A stretch of 64,000 bases of DNA from Stegostoma tigrinum (lineage: Eukaryota): NCBI RefSeq assembly GCF_030684315.1, contig NC_081356.1, forward strand, positions 20,795,197-20,859,196, in the 5' to 3' direction. Positions 13,133-24,994 of this stretch are shown piece after piece; the first letter of the stretch is position 1, and every line of letters begins with the position of its first letter. The notes under the pieces were generated by a model, which was not told the origin of the DNA, made no database searches, and was given only the letters and a program-made list of their open reading frames with translations. Both the position numbers and the translations under genes were made by a program.

Positions 13133-13340
13133 AGTGACCTGTCTTATGCCCTTTTTTGTCATTGACATGGAGACCTTAAGTGTCCTAACAATGGTATTTT
13201 GAAGGGCCCCAGAGATGAAAAATAAATTGAGTGCAGTAATTACATCTGCAGACATTGGTAATGCATGATTGTCAGGTCCAGCAGATGTCTGCCCTGAACC
13301 TGATGGGACAACCTCCCTGAGGTATCACTGCTATTCTAGA
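13133..13340 (-). pseudogene. PIF/Harbinger transposase remnant
   Basis: HALPMSADVITALNLFFISGALQ...KKGIRQVT matches the Harbinger transposase N-terminal motif (ALP...V..AL.F.A.GS.Q.....I..VT); truncated by CR1. Confidence 0.7.
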
Positions 13341-14904
13341 GGTTAAGGAGGCTGATGAATCGTCTTTAAATTTTGTGCCCCTAGATGGTACCCCTTGTGA
13401 CCTTGGTCTGTGCTCTGTATACCTCAATTCTGAACAGCTCCTTCCAATGCGTGCCCCTTCAGTGCATTTGGTGATCCTGTCAGAGTATATCACTTATATT
13501 GTGAAACAGTGATGCTCTTCTGTTTCTGAAGTTGATTAGAAATGGAACTTACTTGCTCAAATTTCTGAAAGAAATTCCTATTGCACAAGGAGAGGACCAA
13601 AACTTCTTCAAGGTGGGTATCCTGAGAAGAGACTTTGCAGTGTTGGTTTTCAGCGACTTGGAAACACAAAGATCTGTACTTCTGTATCCTGTACTTGCAA
13701 AGTAACTTGGATATTTGATTAAAAAAAAAGAAACTTTGCAAAATATTGCTTTCTAAGAGTTTGCAATTCATGGAAGCCTGCTGCATTACAAATGTCTGTG
13801 GAAATTGTAAAATATCCAAGTATTGGTAACTAAAAGAAATGATAACAAGAGCTTTTACTGAAAAAGAAGTGTAAAATGTCTCTCAAATGTGCAGTAAATG
13901 AACATCCATCAGGGAATCCTAGCGACCAGGCTTTGGGAAAAGCTGGAATTCTGCTGGAAACCCTGCATTACCTGAGCATGGTGATTGAAAGGATCAATCA
14001 CAGCAAAGCATATGAGCTGAGAAAAGAAAGTTGCATTCCCTATAGAAGTCTGAAATAATTGTTGGCAGCATACAAGCAACACTTGGAAACATTTCAAGCA
14101 GGACTAAATTTGATTGGGATTTAGCTAGTTCCTGTCAATTAGAGGCCAGGATTTTGTCAACAGCCTGTCATTCTGGATGTCCTGACTGGAACTGCATAGT
14201 ATTTACGATCTCTCTTTTTAGCCATTTCCATATGATTGCAATTAACATTCGCATTGCCAGCAGCAAGCATGGAAAACATATGTGATTCAGCATGCAGGGG
14301 AAGCTTTTCAGTGGTGAAACTTGCAGTCAGCTGACAATGGATTGTGTTGGCTGTTAAAGTGCCTCAGGGAGACTCTGCATCACAGCCATAATGGCCCTGT
14401 CCAACATTATTGCCATTAAAATAAGACTTGAGGGCACAAAGATTGCATGGGTGTTTTTCAAAACTATATTTCACTTGTAAAAAATTCACACTGCATTAAT
14501 TTCATGTTATTCATTTGTGCACCATCATTATTTGTTGGCCAGCTTAGTCAGAAAGTTAAATGTACCCACATCACTCCAAAAGGACACATTTGAACTTGGA
14601 GACTCAGCTGGATTTCCTTTTTATGCTTTGTGTAGTCTGCTTGTACCCGGTGTGGCTTCCTCGGTCACTGCCTCTGTCAGCCTGGATCCTTGAAATGTTG
14701 CAGGTGAGACCAAAAGCCTACAAAGTCTTGAGTAGCTGACAGTCTGAGATAGACGTACATTTAGATCATACTGACACTGCACTTCATTACTTCAACTGAC
14801 AGTCACACCACACCCAAAGTTCTCAGTCCTTTCTCCATGCCTCAATTCCAAACATGAGCCTTACTTGGGCCCTATTTTGAACTGTTGAAGTCCTCACTCC
14901 ATTT

Positions 14905-15212
14905 CACAGAATCCCTACTGTGTGGAAACAGACCCTTCAGCCCAACAAGTTCACACTGACCCTTGGAGCATCCCACCCAGACCCATGCCGCTATAACCCA
15001 GATACCCTTGAACACTACAAGCAATTTAGTATTGCCAATCCACCTCGCCTGCACATCTTTGGGCTGTGGTAGAAAAAGCTCCTGGAGGAAACCCAAGCAG
15101 ACATGAGAAGAATGTGCAAACTCCGCACAGACAGTTGCCCAAGGCTGGAATCGAACCTGGGTCCCTGGCACTGTGAGGCTGCAGTGCTAACCACAAAGCC
15201 ACCGTGCCACCC
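14905..15212 (-). mobile_element. HE1-type (V-domain) tRNA-derived SINE
   Basis: Reverse strand has tRNA-like head with GGTTCGATTCC B-box, V-domain ggagtttgcacattct...gggtttcctcc, and CR1-like tail. Confidence 0.88.
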
Positions 15213-15811
15213 TAGTCTCCAACAGCACTGACTTACACTTGTCAGCCCTCAGCCTCCATGCAAGTTGCATTTTCTTGTTCCACTTGTATTGCAAGGTTAA
15301 ACAAGGAAAACTACTAACTTAGCAAACTGCACAAACTGCCAACTGGTGCACAAAACTGCTAAAGGACTGGCTAACATTATTCTTGACCTCAGTCATTCCA
15401 AAGGTAGGAGGTAATTAAAACACTTTTTCATGTTCATGATTACTCTTCAAATGCAAATGTATTATGAGGACACACCCAAAGCAGACCAGGGTAAGGCTTG
15501 ACCACTTGCATCTCTGAAATTCAATATGCTATTTGGAAATAAAAGCTTTGCTTCCTGTCTAGTTAACTCACACCAATCATCCCATCTCCCAGTCTTGCAG
15601 GCTCCATAAGATGCTTCCCTTGAGTTCCTAACACATCCAATATGCATGTTAATCCATTCATTCTTCATACCTACATATTGACTGCATCGTTGGCCCCCAC
15701 CATATCGCCAACCATCATATCTCAATTCAAGTCAGAGATTTGAATCTTCACTTTAATTTTTCAATGAGCTCCAGTCACTCAGAATCATGAACAACTAATT
15801 TTGTTTCAAAG

Positions 15812-16034
15812 GTAACAAGGTGTAGAGCTGGATGAACACAGCAGGCCAAGCAGCATCAGAGGAGCAGGAAAGCTGACATTTCAGGTCTAGACTCTTCTTC
15901 AGAAATTTCTGAAGAAGGGTTCAGACCTGAAATGCCAGCTTTCCTGCTCCTATGATGCTACTTGGCCTGCTGCATTCATCCAGCTCTACACCTTGTTATC
16001 TCAGATTCTCCAGCGTCGTCAGTTCCTATTAACT
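15812..16034 (+). mobile_element. Neptune-like PLE inverted mini-insertion (older subfamily)
   Basis: Arms meet at agaaa|tttct (15905/15906); CTGAAGA core at 15909; TSD ctaattttgtttcaaag / ctacttttgttttaaag. Confidence 0.88.
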
Positions 16035-16199
16035 CTACTTTTGTTTTAAAGCTGTGCTTAAATAATTTCTTTATGTCTTCCATTGTTTAATACAAAGTAT
16101 CAGCTCCTTTACAAACAGTTTCAAGTTAAACACTTACTCCAGATGAGCCTGATGTGTCCTCCAGTTCAAAATCAAAATATCACCAATTCTGGAAATTGT

Positions 16200-16312
16200 A
16201 AACAAAAGCAGGTAAAGCTGGCGAAGCCCAATTCAACTCAGAATGTTAATTCTTACTCTTCATAGATGCTGCCAAAATTGCTGTGCTTCTCTAGTACTTT
16301 CCACTTTCTAGT
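16200..16312. mobile_element. Old PLE terminal remnant with inverted ends
   Basis: aaagcaggtaaagctggcgaa...gatgctgcc...ctagtactttc resembles PLE ends at 61445 and 62830. Confidence 0.45.
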
Positions 16313-16391
16313 TGCATGTTTACTCCGGTACATGTTTCAAGCTTTCTAATTCCTTCCATTAATTCTATTTTTCTCCATGAGTCCACAATAT

Positions 16392-16680
16392 TATCGGAGA
16401 AAGAAGCAGAAGAAGGCCATTCAGCCCATTGAGTACATTCTGTCTTTCAATGAGTCCATGGCTGATCTGATAATTCCCAACTCAACTCTCCTGTCTTTTC
16501 CCCAAAGCCTTTGATTCACTGACAAAGTAAACATCTACCTATCTATCTCAGCCTTGAACATATATGAGAACCCAACCCCTCCAGTCGTCTGTGGTAAATA
16601 ATTCCACAGATTTGCTATCCTCTGACAGAAGGCATTTCTCATTACCAATGACTGTCTTTGCTTTAAAACACAGATAATGT
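16392..16680 (-). mobile_element. CR1 LINE 3' fragment
   Basis: ggccattcagccc 3' UTR; ORF CQRIANLWNYLPQ...FKAEIDR. Confidence 0.8.
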
Positions 16681-18195
16681 AGCATTTTGAGGGAAAATCC
16701 AGCCAGTTCTCCAGGTTTCCCCAGCAGATGTTCATGCACTACATTTTTGAAGGATGATTAACATGCCATTCCCATCTGCTGCCAATATCTTTTCATATTA
16801 TAGAAAAATGACATAAAAGAATTGTAGCTTCCAAACACAACAGAAAACTTTCACAAGCTGCGATTGTTTCAAACAAAGGAAAAAGTTGCATGAAGTTTTA
16901 ATACCTAGGCATAATTCTTGAGCTTTTTTTTAATGGTTAAATTAAATGGAAAAAGAAAATTGAGCTTTATAAAGCATATTATTTGGGATCAGCACATATC
17001 GTTTTCAAGACTTTGAGCGTGCTATTCTTTGTTACAATTCATTTGAAATGGTATTGAGTACTTCCCTGTTGTCAATCATTTAAGTACCAGCTTTATAAAA
17101 GTGTGTTCTTGAAGAGGCATGTACAAGGAAATTAATTCAAGCTGTAACTTTCAATTGCTTTAATTGGGGACTATTGACAAAAGCAGCAGGTCAGCGGAGA
17201 GGAAATGTAATGTTCAATTTTTCTGACCTAAAACTGTGAAAAGCAACATAAAATATGATAATATGTACAGGTAAAATCAATTGAGCAGAGGTCACCAGAG
17301 AATAATTTATAGAGATTACAACGTGGCAGTAAGGATATTTCTTGACGCATCTACCTGCTTTTAGATCTAATAGGAGAGCATTCATCTGAGCACAAGGAAC
17401 ACATGGAAATCAATTTGATATTCACTGCTAAATGACAACTGGTAGTAGATTGTATGATGAAACATGTGGTGGAGTTTCACTAGTACCTGTGCGAACAATT
17501 TCTCTGGGGAAATGCAAACAGAAAGCATAACGTGATGTAAGTTTTATTTTTAACAATATCAAGAAATCCCCAGGAAAGAAAAAAACTCATGAAACACCAA
17601 AGCATATTGTCAATATAATAGTGTTCCATTGTCATTTATCTGTGTAAGATAAAACTGCCAGAGCTGTATAAATATCAAGATAAATAAAGTGATGTGGTTT
17701 CAAACTCATTATAAAGTGATCAGTTTGCAGATGCCAGCAAACTAGAAAGAACAATAGCGAAAATTACAGATACAATAGGGAAAGAAAACAGTAAAAAAAA
17801 AGCAACCGTGTTGCTTGGAAATTAATGTACTTGTTGTACAGGAGCTTTGTTTTGAAGTATATAAGATAATGCAGTCCAGTTTGTCTCATTTACAAATATC
17901 ACTCATTTTTCCTCTGAATGAGGCAAGCTGTACAAGAGAGAAGAGAGTGGAGAATGGACTATAAGCTACATGGCCTCAGTGAGCCAGGGTGGGAAATGGA
18001 GATTGCTGGTAAAATCGCAGGGAGCCATGTCAGATTAACACTCTGATGCGTCATAATTTTCAGGATTTTCTCAACAATGGGACTGGAAGCAGAGCAGCCA
18101 AAAGGAAACATGTAGCCAATTTCCATAACTGAAGATCCAATGAAGGGCCATTTCACAGCTTTGTAAGCATAACTACTGGTAGTGTCGTGAGTCCT

Positions 18196-18391
18196 GCAAT
18201 TTAACATGACCAGTTCACCTAACCTACACATATATGAACTGGGGGAAGAAATTGGAGCAACTGGAGGAAACCTGCCCAAACAAGGGGAAAGTGTGTGAAC
18301 TCCACCGACACAGTTGAAGGAGAGTGGAATTGTACCCATATCTCTGGCACTATGAAGCAGCAGTGCTAACCATTGAGCCATTGTACTACCC
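18196..18391 (-). mobile_element. HE1-type SINE, partial
   Basis: Similar to 14905-15212 head and V-domain. Confidence 0.75.
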
Positions 18392-18415
18392 ACGAAAGGA
18401 GGGAAAGGAGTGCCA

Positions 18416-18486
18416 TGCATTGGCTGGCATACAAATCCAGACCTCTTACTTTGCAGGCAAGAATGCTACCACTGAACCACCAATGC
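18416..18486 (-). pseudogene. tRNA-Gly-derived pseudogene, anticodon GCC changed to GCA
   Basis: Reverse strand GCATTGGTGGTTCAGTGGTAGCATTCTTGCCTGCAAAGTAAGAGGTCTGGATTTGTATGCCAGCCAATGCA, 71 nt, colinear with vertebrate tRNA-Gly-GCC; acceptor stem intact, T-loop/B-box mutated. Confidence 0.85.
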
Positions 18487-18574
18487 AACCACCAGCAGTA
18501 GGAAGAAAATGGAGGAGGTACAGTGGATCAATGCAAGAGATTGTGGGTAGGGTAGATAATCCTTGCACCCCATT

Positions 18575-18722
18575 TGGGTAAGTTTATGAATAGGAATGTT
18601 TTGGAGGGATATGAGCCAAGTGCAGGCAGGTGGGAATAGTTTAGTTTGGGAACATGGTTGGTATGAATTAGTTGGACCAAAGGGTCTGTTTCCATGCTGT
18701 ATTGCGCTGACTGTATTACTCT
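18575..18722 (+). mobile_element. CR1 LINE extreme 3' end
   Basis: gagggatatgagccaagtgcagg...gggtctgtttccatgctgtat. Confidence 0.75.
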
Positions 18723-18724
18723 GT

Positions 18725-19450
18725 CATTTTAGGACTTTAAGGAATGGCATTTTACTACACATCCCTAATTGCCCAGAGAGCAGTTAAGAGTCAATCACTT
18801 TACTATGAGTATGGAGTCTCATGCAGCCAGATAGAACAAGAATAGCAAGTTTCCATACTTGGGAGGCATTAGTAAACTCAATGAATTTCTACAAAACTCT
18901 AATTAAGTAGTTATGTAGTGTATAGGATGGGCTGAAGGGTTAAACTTGTTGAAGATATTCACAGCTGCATGACCTTGAATAAGTCCTGTGAATATTCCTG
19001 TCTGTGCTGAAGCCAGTGCAATCAATACGTTTTTCTGTGGCTGTTTCTCTGTGCCTGGCTGTTTGGTACACTGTATAAGAGAGAGAGAGGGATTCATTCC
19101 AAGTCGCTGGAGTTCATTTTGGACCGGGATCGCGAACAGTGCCAGGAACAATATCAGCCTCCAGAACAGTTGTTGATCAAAGGGTCCCCCAAGGGCAGAA
19201 GGGTGTGAGGCTTGTTGTTGTTTTCCTCTCTTTCTCATTCTTTCACCTAATAAATGTTCCTTCTTTTGTCTTTTTACTCAATAAATGTTCATATTTAAGC
19301 AAGCTACATGTAACTGAATCCAAAAGGAACCCATTGGACAAACCCTGTGATCCAGGACATGTAGTCACCATTCAGCTTGCTTTTTGTTTCAAAATTTTAT
19401 TTAATTCAAATTTCATCATCTGCCACAGTGAATTATTACCATACCATCTC
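18725..19450 (-). mobile_element. tRNA-derived SINE split by a solo LTR
   Basis: SINE family sequence at 18725-18914 and 19360-19450. Confidence 0.6.
18915..19359 (+). mobile_element. Putative solo LTR
   Basis: tgtagtg...ccaggaca (TG...CA), TATA-like tataag, two AATAAA signals; interrupts a SINE. Confidence 0.6.
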
Positions 19451-19759
19451 TTCCTCTACAGGAAATTTCTGTGTCTGTAAAAGAGGAGTCAATACAATAA
19501 ATATATACGCATAATGCACAACCAAATTTGGCTCTCCTCTGCCAAGTCTGATCACTTTCCCAGAACAATCTTGGAACAGAAAGATAACCCCAGTTAACAA
19601 ATCATCCTCTTAACTCCTTTGGCATATTTTAGAGAAGGGTCATTTCCACCAAGTTTCATGTTGATTGTTTCCTTGTCAGGGCTAGCAGGTTTTTTTTTGT
19701 GTGATTTACCTAAACTTATTTCATTAACAACTTACCAAATGGATCCTTTCATCTGATGC

Positions 19760-21740
19760 TAGCCTGATTTTTCCCACTTGTCATGGACAGCAGTACTTGC
19801 ATTTACCAGGATCCACGGTAAAGGTGCCATTTTAAAAGGCTGGAGCATATCAAGAGAGGTCTGGATTCCTGAGGCTCAACAGCAACCAGCTCGATAGAAG
19901 ATGAGGGGAATTGAATACTCTGTTCTGCCAGCAGAGACTCGTGATCCTGATGGACAGGTTGATACAGAGAAGGGCTGTCCTCTTCCTGATGACTGCGAGA
20001 GGAGACCATGCTACTAGATGTTGCAAGTTGGGTGAGTGCGGTGATGAAGGCCTAGAGAAATACCCAAAAAGGTCAATAATCTGTAACATTGCAAGTACTG
20101 AAACCATCTGTCCTCATCCCTACATGGTGAAGTGAGCAGCTCCTGTGTCATATACAGACAATGGGTAAATCACAGGTGTCTGCAACTTTGGCAACTGTGG
20201 TCTATCTTCCTCAGTGCACAACTATTGTAATTGTATCACTGCCATAAGTTGTGTTCATTATTATCTAGCATGAAATGTTCAGGGGTGCTTAGTGTGAGGA
20301 GTTGGACTGTAGATAGTAAGCTAATGGTTCCCAAGAAATGCAGTGCTCATAGATATATTTCATCATCAATGTATGGACATATGCCTGATATGGTTACCCT
20401 TTAAAGGGCCTTACATTGTTCAAACATGCAGACACTTCTCTCACAGAACAAAGTATTTGGGCATGGTTGCAACAAATTTAATTTCCGTCACAACTTTTGT
20501 GATTTTTACAGGATTTTGGAAGTTAACAGCAGACACTCTTTAGTCAGTGAGTTCCACAGTCCTTCCATAAATGAAAGAGAACCCCTACTTATTAACATCC
20601 TCTTTTTGGCAGCCCTCCCCATCAACACCGCATTCATATGGCATGAGTATCCTGGTAATCCCTAGCTGACATTGAGGGACTCTGGCCCACCACCTTAAGC
20701 AAGTTAGTTGGACAGCCTCAAATGATGACAGACCAGATCTCAGACGGGTATCTAGACAATTCCTCATGAGCTGCCTTCCCGTGACTCATAAGTCTGGCTG
20801 CTGAGTTGATGGTGATAATATTGTTGAGTTGTGAACCTTCCATTGGGACCTCCCAGCCAAATGCCTGGCTGTGTCCAAGCCCATGGGCTGACATTGTATG
20901 ATGCCATTAACCTACCGTATCAGGGCTACCTATCTGATTGATACTTTCCTAGACTTCATAGAAGTCTACTAACCTTTGACTTTCAGAGATGGCCATTTTA
21001 TTCGATGGCCAGCAGTGTATTAACGGCATAAGCTTCTGGGGTGCAGCAGAAGTTTGAGAATGATGTCGCAATGAGCTATATAGCAAGATGTCCACCCCCT
21101 CCTTGACTGATCATTACTGACAACCACGTCAAGCTTCTTAGTTTTGCATTGCCATGAAAAAGCAAATCCATACAAAAGTATTGTGTGCCTGTTAGCTTTA
21201 GCTGAGGGGCAAAGTGCTAAAAGGCAAGGCAGGGATGCTGTAGACATCCAGGTAGCTGCTAAGTGAATGTGTGCTAAGGAGCAAGCTCTGAGATGCTGTG
21301 AGAAGCCATGAGCTGGGGGCCTGCCCAAGTGTGCAAAATGTCCTTGTGGCATCATTCCAATTATAGTTGCTGGTCTATCCATAGTGAAGCATAACACTGC
21401 AAAAAATGTATTCGCAGTGGATCGGATGCCAGCATCCATAGACAGAGAGTGTGTGCAACCCCTGACCAAGGAACTTTCCCTCAGATGGTAGTTTCAGATG
21501 CCGAGGATGACAGTCTGGAGGGGCAGGTGATGAGCTAGAGTTGACAGACATCTGCTCTGATTGACACATCAGGAATTCTCATTGCGTCGTTTCTATCAGG
21601 TGGGTGGTAGAAATTCCACTCACATACGTATGAGTTGAGATTTTGCAATAATGAGTGTGATCATGAATGACAATCCCTGTTAATTATTCTCTGACTGCTC
21701 ACTGGTGAGAATCTTGTGTCAGCCCTGGGAAATCTGTTAA
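19760..21740. mobile_element. Decayed PIF/Harbinger element (Myb/SANT ORF on +, possible transposase on -)
   Basis: 19911-20090 LVILMDRLIQRRAVLF...VASWVSAV is Myb/SANT-like; weak transposase-like traces at 21000-21500 (-). Confidence 0.5.
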
Positions 21741-22039
21741 CAATTATGTCTTGTTCCCCCAGAGTTAAGAAAAGCCTCATTGGACTTTTCATGTGGCTGT
21801 CTCAGATTTCTTAAAAGAGCCCACAGTAATCATGACTTGGGACGTTTCTACTCAATGTTTCTGACACCTCTTAGCTATACCTTAGCAAAAAATGTGAAGA
21901 GTTCATGGGTTTCATTATTGTTAGCATTGAGACCTTCTGCTATTACCCTCCTTTCCCTTCGGCCACCAAGGTAAAATTTCCATACGTTTTCCCACTATCC
22001 TGCTGAACCCCTGAGCTCTTGTCTTTCACTAGCTTCTCT

Positions 22040-22240
22040 CTGAGTCATTCATTCCACTCAGAACTCATTTTAACCATGAAAACCTCCTTCTCTGTCTTTT
22101 TCTATATTGCCAGGAAACTATTGACCACCCAATTTTTCCTTTCCTTCGCCCCACATCTACTGATATTGTTGACCACTCTTTCTCTTCAGATACTGTCCCC
22201 CGCTGCAGCACATGCGCCATCATCACTACATCCTTCTCAA
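22040..22240 (+). mobile_element. Very old PLE RT/linker remnant
   Basis: SELILTMKTSF resembles Neptune RT AELVLTLNNFSF; downstream CPRCSTC-like stretch. Confidence 0.3.
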
Positions 22241-22260
22241 AAATCAACCTTTTGACCCTG

Positions 22261-22486
22261 AGATAGTGAGAACTGCTGATACTAGAGTCTGAGATAACAC
22301 CGCGCGGAGCTGGATGAACGCAGCAGGCCAGGCAGCATCAGTGGAATAGGAAAGCTGATGTTTCAGATTGGGACACTTCTTCAGAAAAAAGTTTTCTGAA
22401 GAAGGGTCCTGACCTGAAAGGTCAGCTTTGCTGCTCCTCTGATGCTGCCTGGCCTGCTGCGTTCATCCAGCTCAACACTGTGCTAT
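22261..22486 (-). mobile_element. Neptune-like PLE inverted mini-insertion
   Basis: Tail on the left; arms meet at tcagaaaaaagttttctga; TSD cttttgaccctg / cttttgaccttg. Confidence 0.88.
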
Positions 22487-23599
22487 CTTTTGACCTTGTG
22501 TCCTTGCAAGCAACTATCCTACCCGATCCAATGTACTTAAGATGTCATAAATGTGTGAGAAATGGCTTACTAGTTTATATTTGACTTTAGCATTAAATAC
22601 ATTAGATTGAAAGTTTGCCCATAAAATGAAACATTATTTATAAACTAGCATAATGCCTACACAATGTGATAAGATTCAGGTGATTGTCATGTATTCGACT
22701 GTGGTCCAAGCCCTTCAGAATACATTTTGTTCCAAACATTTCAAAACAGTCAAGTGGTATGCAGGGTCCTGGGCACTTAAAGGCCAATGAATAAATGATG
22801 CTCATTGAAGCCTGGAAACCTATTCAAAAGTAACTGTTTCTTTTAGTGCGGTTAAAATGCCTAAGCAAAGAATGTAGCTGGTAAGGCATTGCAAAAATCA
22901 CTATTCATCCAATACATGTATGTAAATCAGATGGCTTGAGGTGTTTGAAGCCATTCTCATCCCTGACATGACATAGATGCAATTGTGCAACATTATCACA
23001 ATAAAGGTAGATTTTTTTTAGAGAAAAAGAAGTCCTTAGCACAATTGCATTGCAAGAGCATAACTGTGCAGAAAATGATAACCCAGATAGATATCCCTGT
23101 CAATAATGACACTTTCACATTAAAGAGATAACCAAAAAGCAGCTTGCCCAGGGATTCTAAAAAAAAGCAAAATACTGAAGCCTTTCCACACCTTTCAACA
23201 AAGGAAATTAGTTTATATTGAAATGGATTTAGAAAATCATCATAGGAAAGCTTTGTGCACCAGTTGGTATGTTCCAAATCTATTCTACCTTTTCATCACT
23301 ATTGAAGCAGTTAACATGTAAAAGCTCAATGCTTTGACACAGAGAACATTGGTTTTCTACACCATTATTCTCAAAGGTAACAGTCACTTGGAAAATGAAA
23401 TGCATTTGAACGTTTGCCTTCTGCTCTTTTCACAAATTATGGTGCAGGGACCAGAATAGAAAATGTTACCATCACAGTGACAATCATCATTTACGTTAGC
23501 CATCATTATTTATGTTCCTGTATTAATAAATACGAAGCATGAGGAGGAAATATTGTATATTATCTAGTTTGAAGATAAGGAATTAGTGCAAAAGCATCT

Positions 23600-23730
23600 T
23601 ATATTTGCATAACACAATTCATGATCTCAAATATCACCAAATACTTTTCAGCCAATTACTTATTTCTTCTGTGCAGTTACTGTGTAATACAGAAAATGAG
23701 CAAGGCAATTTAGGCTCAGCAGTTTCTTGA
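23600..23730 (-). mobile_element. Deu-domain SINE fragment
   Basis: Reverse match to the Deu domain and tail seen at 40170. Confidence 0.45.
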
Positions 23731-23859
23731 AATCCTAATGAAAAAGAAAGCACATTTAGAAATTTACTTTGAAAAAAGATAACTGCTGCTTTAACAATAT
23801 AATCAAAGCATCAATCAGTTCCCAGTCATAAGTTTTGGAGCCCTTCCTAAAATCCATAA

Positions 23860-24240
23860 TGGCATGTGAGTGGCATAGTGATAATATCATCAGACTAGTA
23901 ATGCAGAGACTAGCCTAATTTTTTTGGAAATGAGTTTGAGCCCCACCATAACAGATGGTGAAATTTGAATTCATTTATCAAGATGTGGAATTAACATTTG
24001 TTAATAGTGACAAGTGTCACCCCTAAGATTGTCCTTTGTGATTTACTATTGTCCTTCTGTGAAATAAATCTGCCACTTTTGTGTGATCTATCTGAGGGTC
24101 CAGACTCTCAGAAATGTAGTTGACTATTGTCTGCTTTCTGAATAGCTCAATATACTGTTCAGTTCAAAGTTAATTAAGGATGAGAAGAAAATATTAGCCT
24201 TTCCAGTAACGCCTGCATGCCATGCAAGAATGAAAAGAGA
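23860..24240 (+). mobile_element. tRNA-derived SINE (full length, old)
   Basis: Head gtggcatagtg...gagtttgagcccc; tail matches the LINE 3' end. Confidence 0.7.
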
Positions 24241-24994
24241 TATGGACAAACTGATATTGGGCATCTGTTGTGTTGGATACAATTGTCATATGGCCTCATT
24301 ATAAATGCTTGCTGAATTCCAAGACTCACAATTGGATTACCTCAGCAAAGATCTGTTTACATAGTTGTTGTCCATGCTTTGGACACTTAGGCCAGTTTAT
24401 GTATTAAATAAACACTTTACCCAAGTGCTTTTGTCAGTGAGGTGGGACATAGAATTAGGTTTTCAGATCAACTCAATTTTATAAACAAAGTACTCCCCGT
24501 TCAAAAACATCATGTGAAGATTTCCCAAATTCTCACAATATTTATTCTCTTTCTCGCTCTATCCGTTTGAGAAAGGAAATTATCCACAATGATCCATGTG
24601 TTTGAGCTGGGCCGTTAGAATCTTCTTCCTTTCTGGCGTAGGGCTGGCTCTCGTCTATAGAGGTGGATTTCACAGGTCACGGTAGATACTTCCCTGGGCC
24701 TCCTCGAGTTGTTGCATGGTTTTCTGTCACCTATTTTGCTGCAAATCTTCCCTATAAGCCTTTACCAAATCTTCACTGAGCCTTCACTAGGGGAATGGGC
24801 ATCAGGTGTGTGTTCATATCCCTCTCAGCTTCCAAAATGTTCTGTGGTCTTTGTCCAGTTGTGTTGTGGGCTGAGTTCAAATCAACCAATCGGGTTGCCC
24901 TTCCCTATTGCCATGCAGGGTCGTGTAATGTGCACATATTCAGGCAATCAAGATGCCAAAACATCTGATCAATACTTTTCTTATACACAATTCT

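Noticed and set aside
13133-13340. Domesticated HARBI1 or NAIF1 host gene
   Set aside because: Short, truncated by CR1, with upstream stops; a transposon fossil
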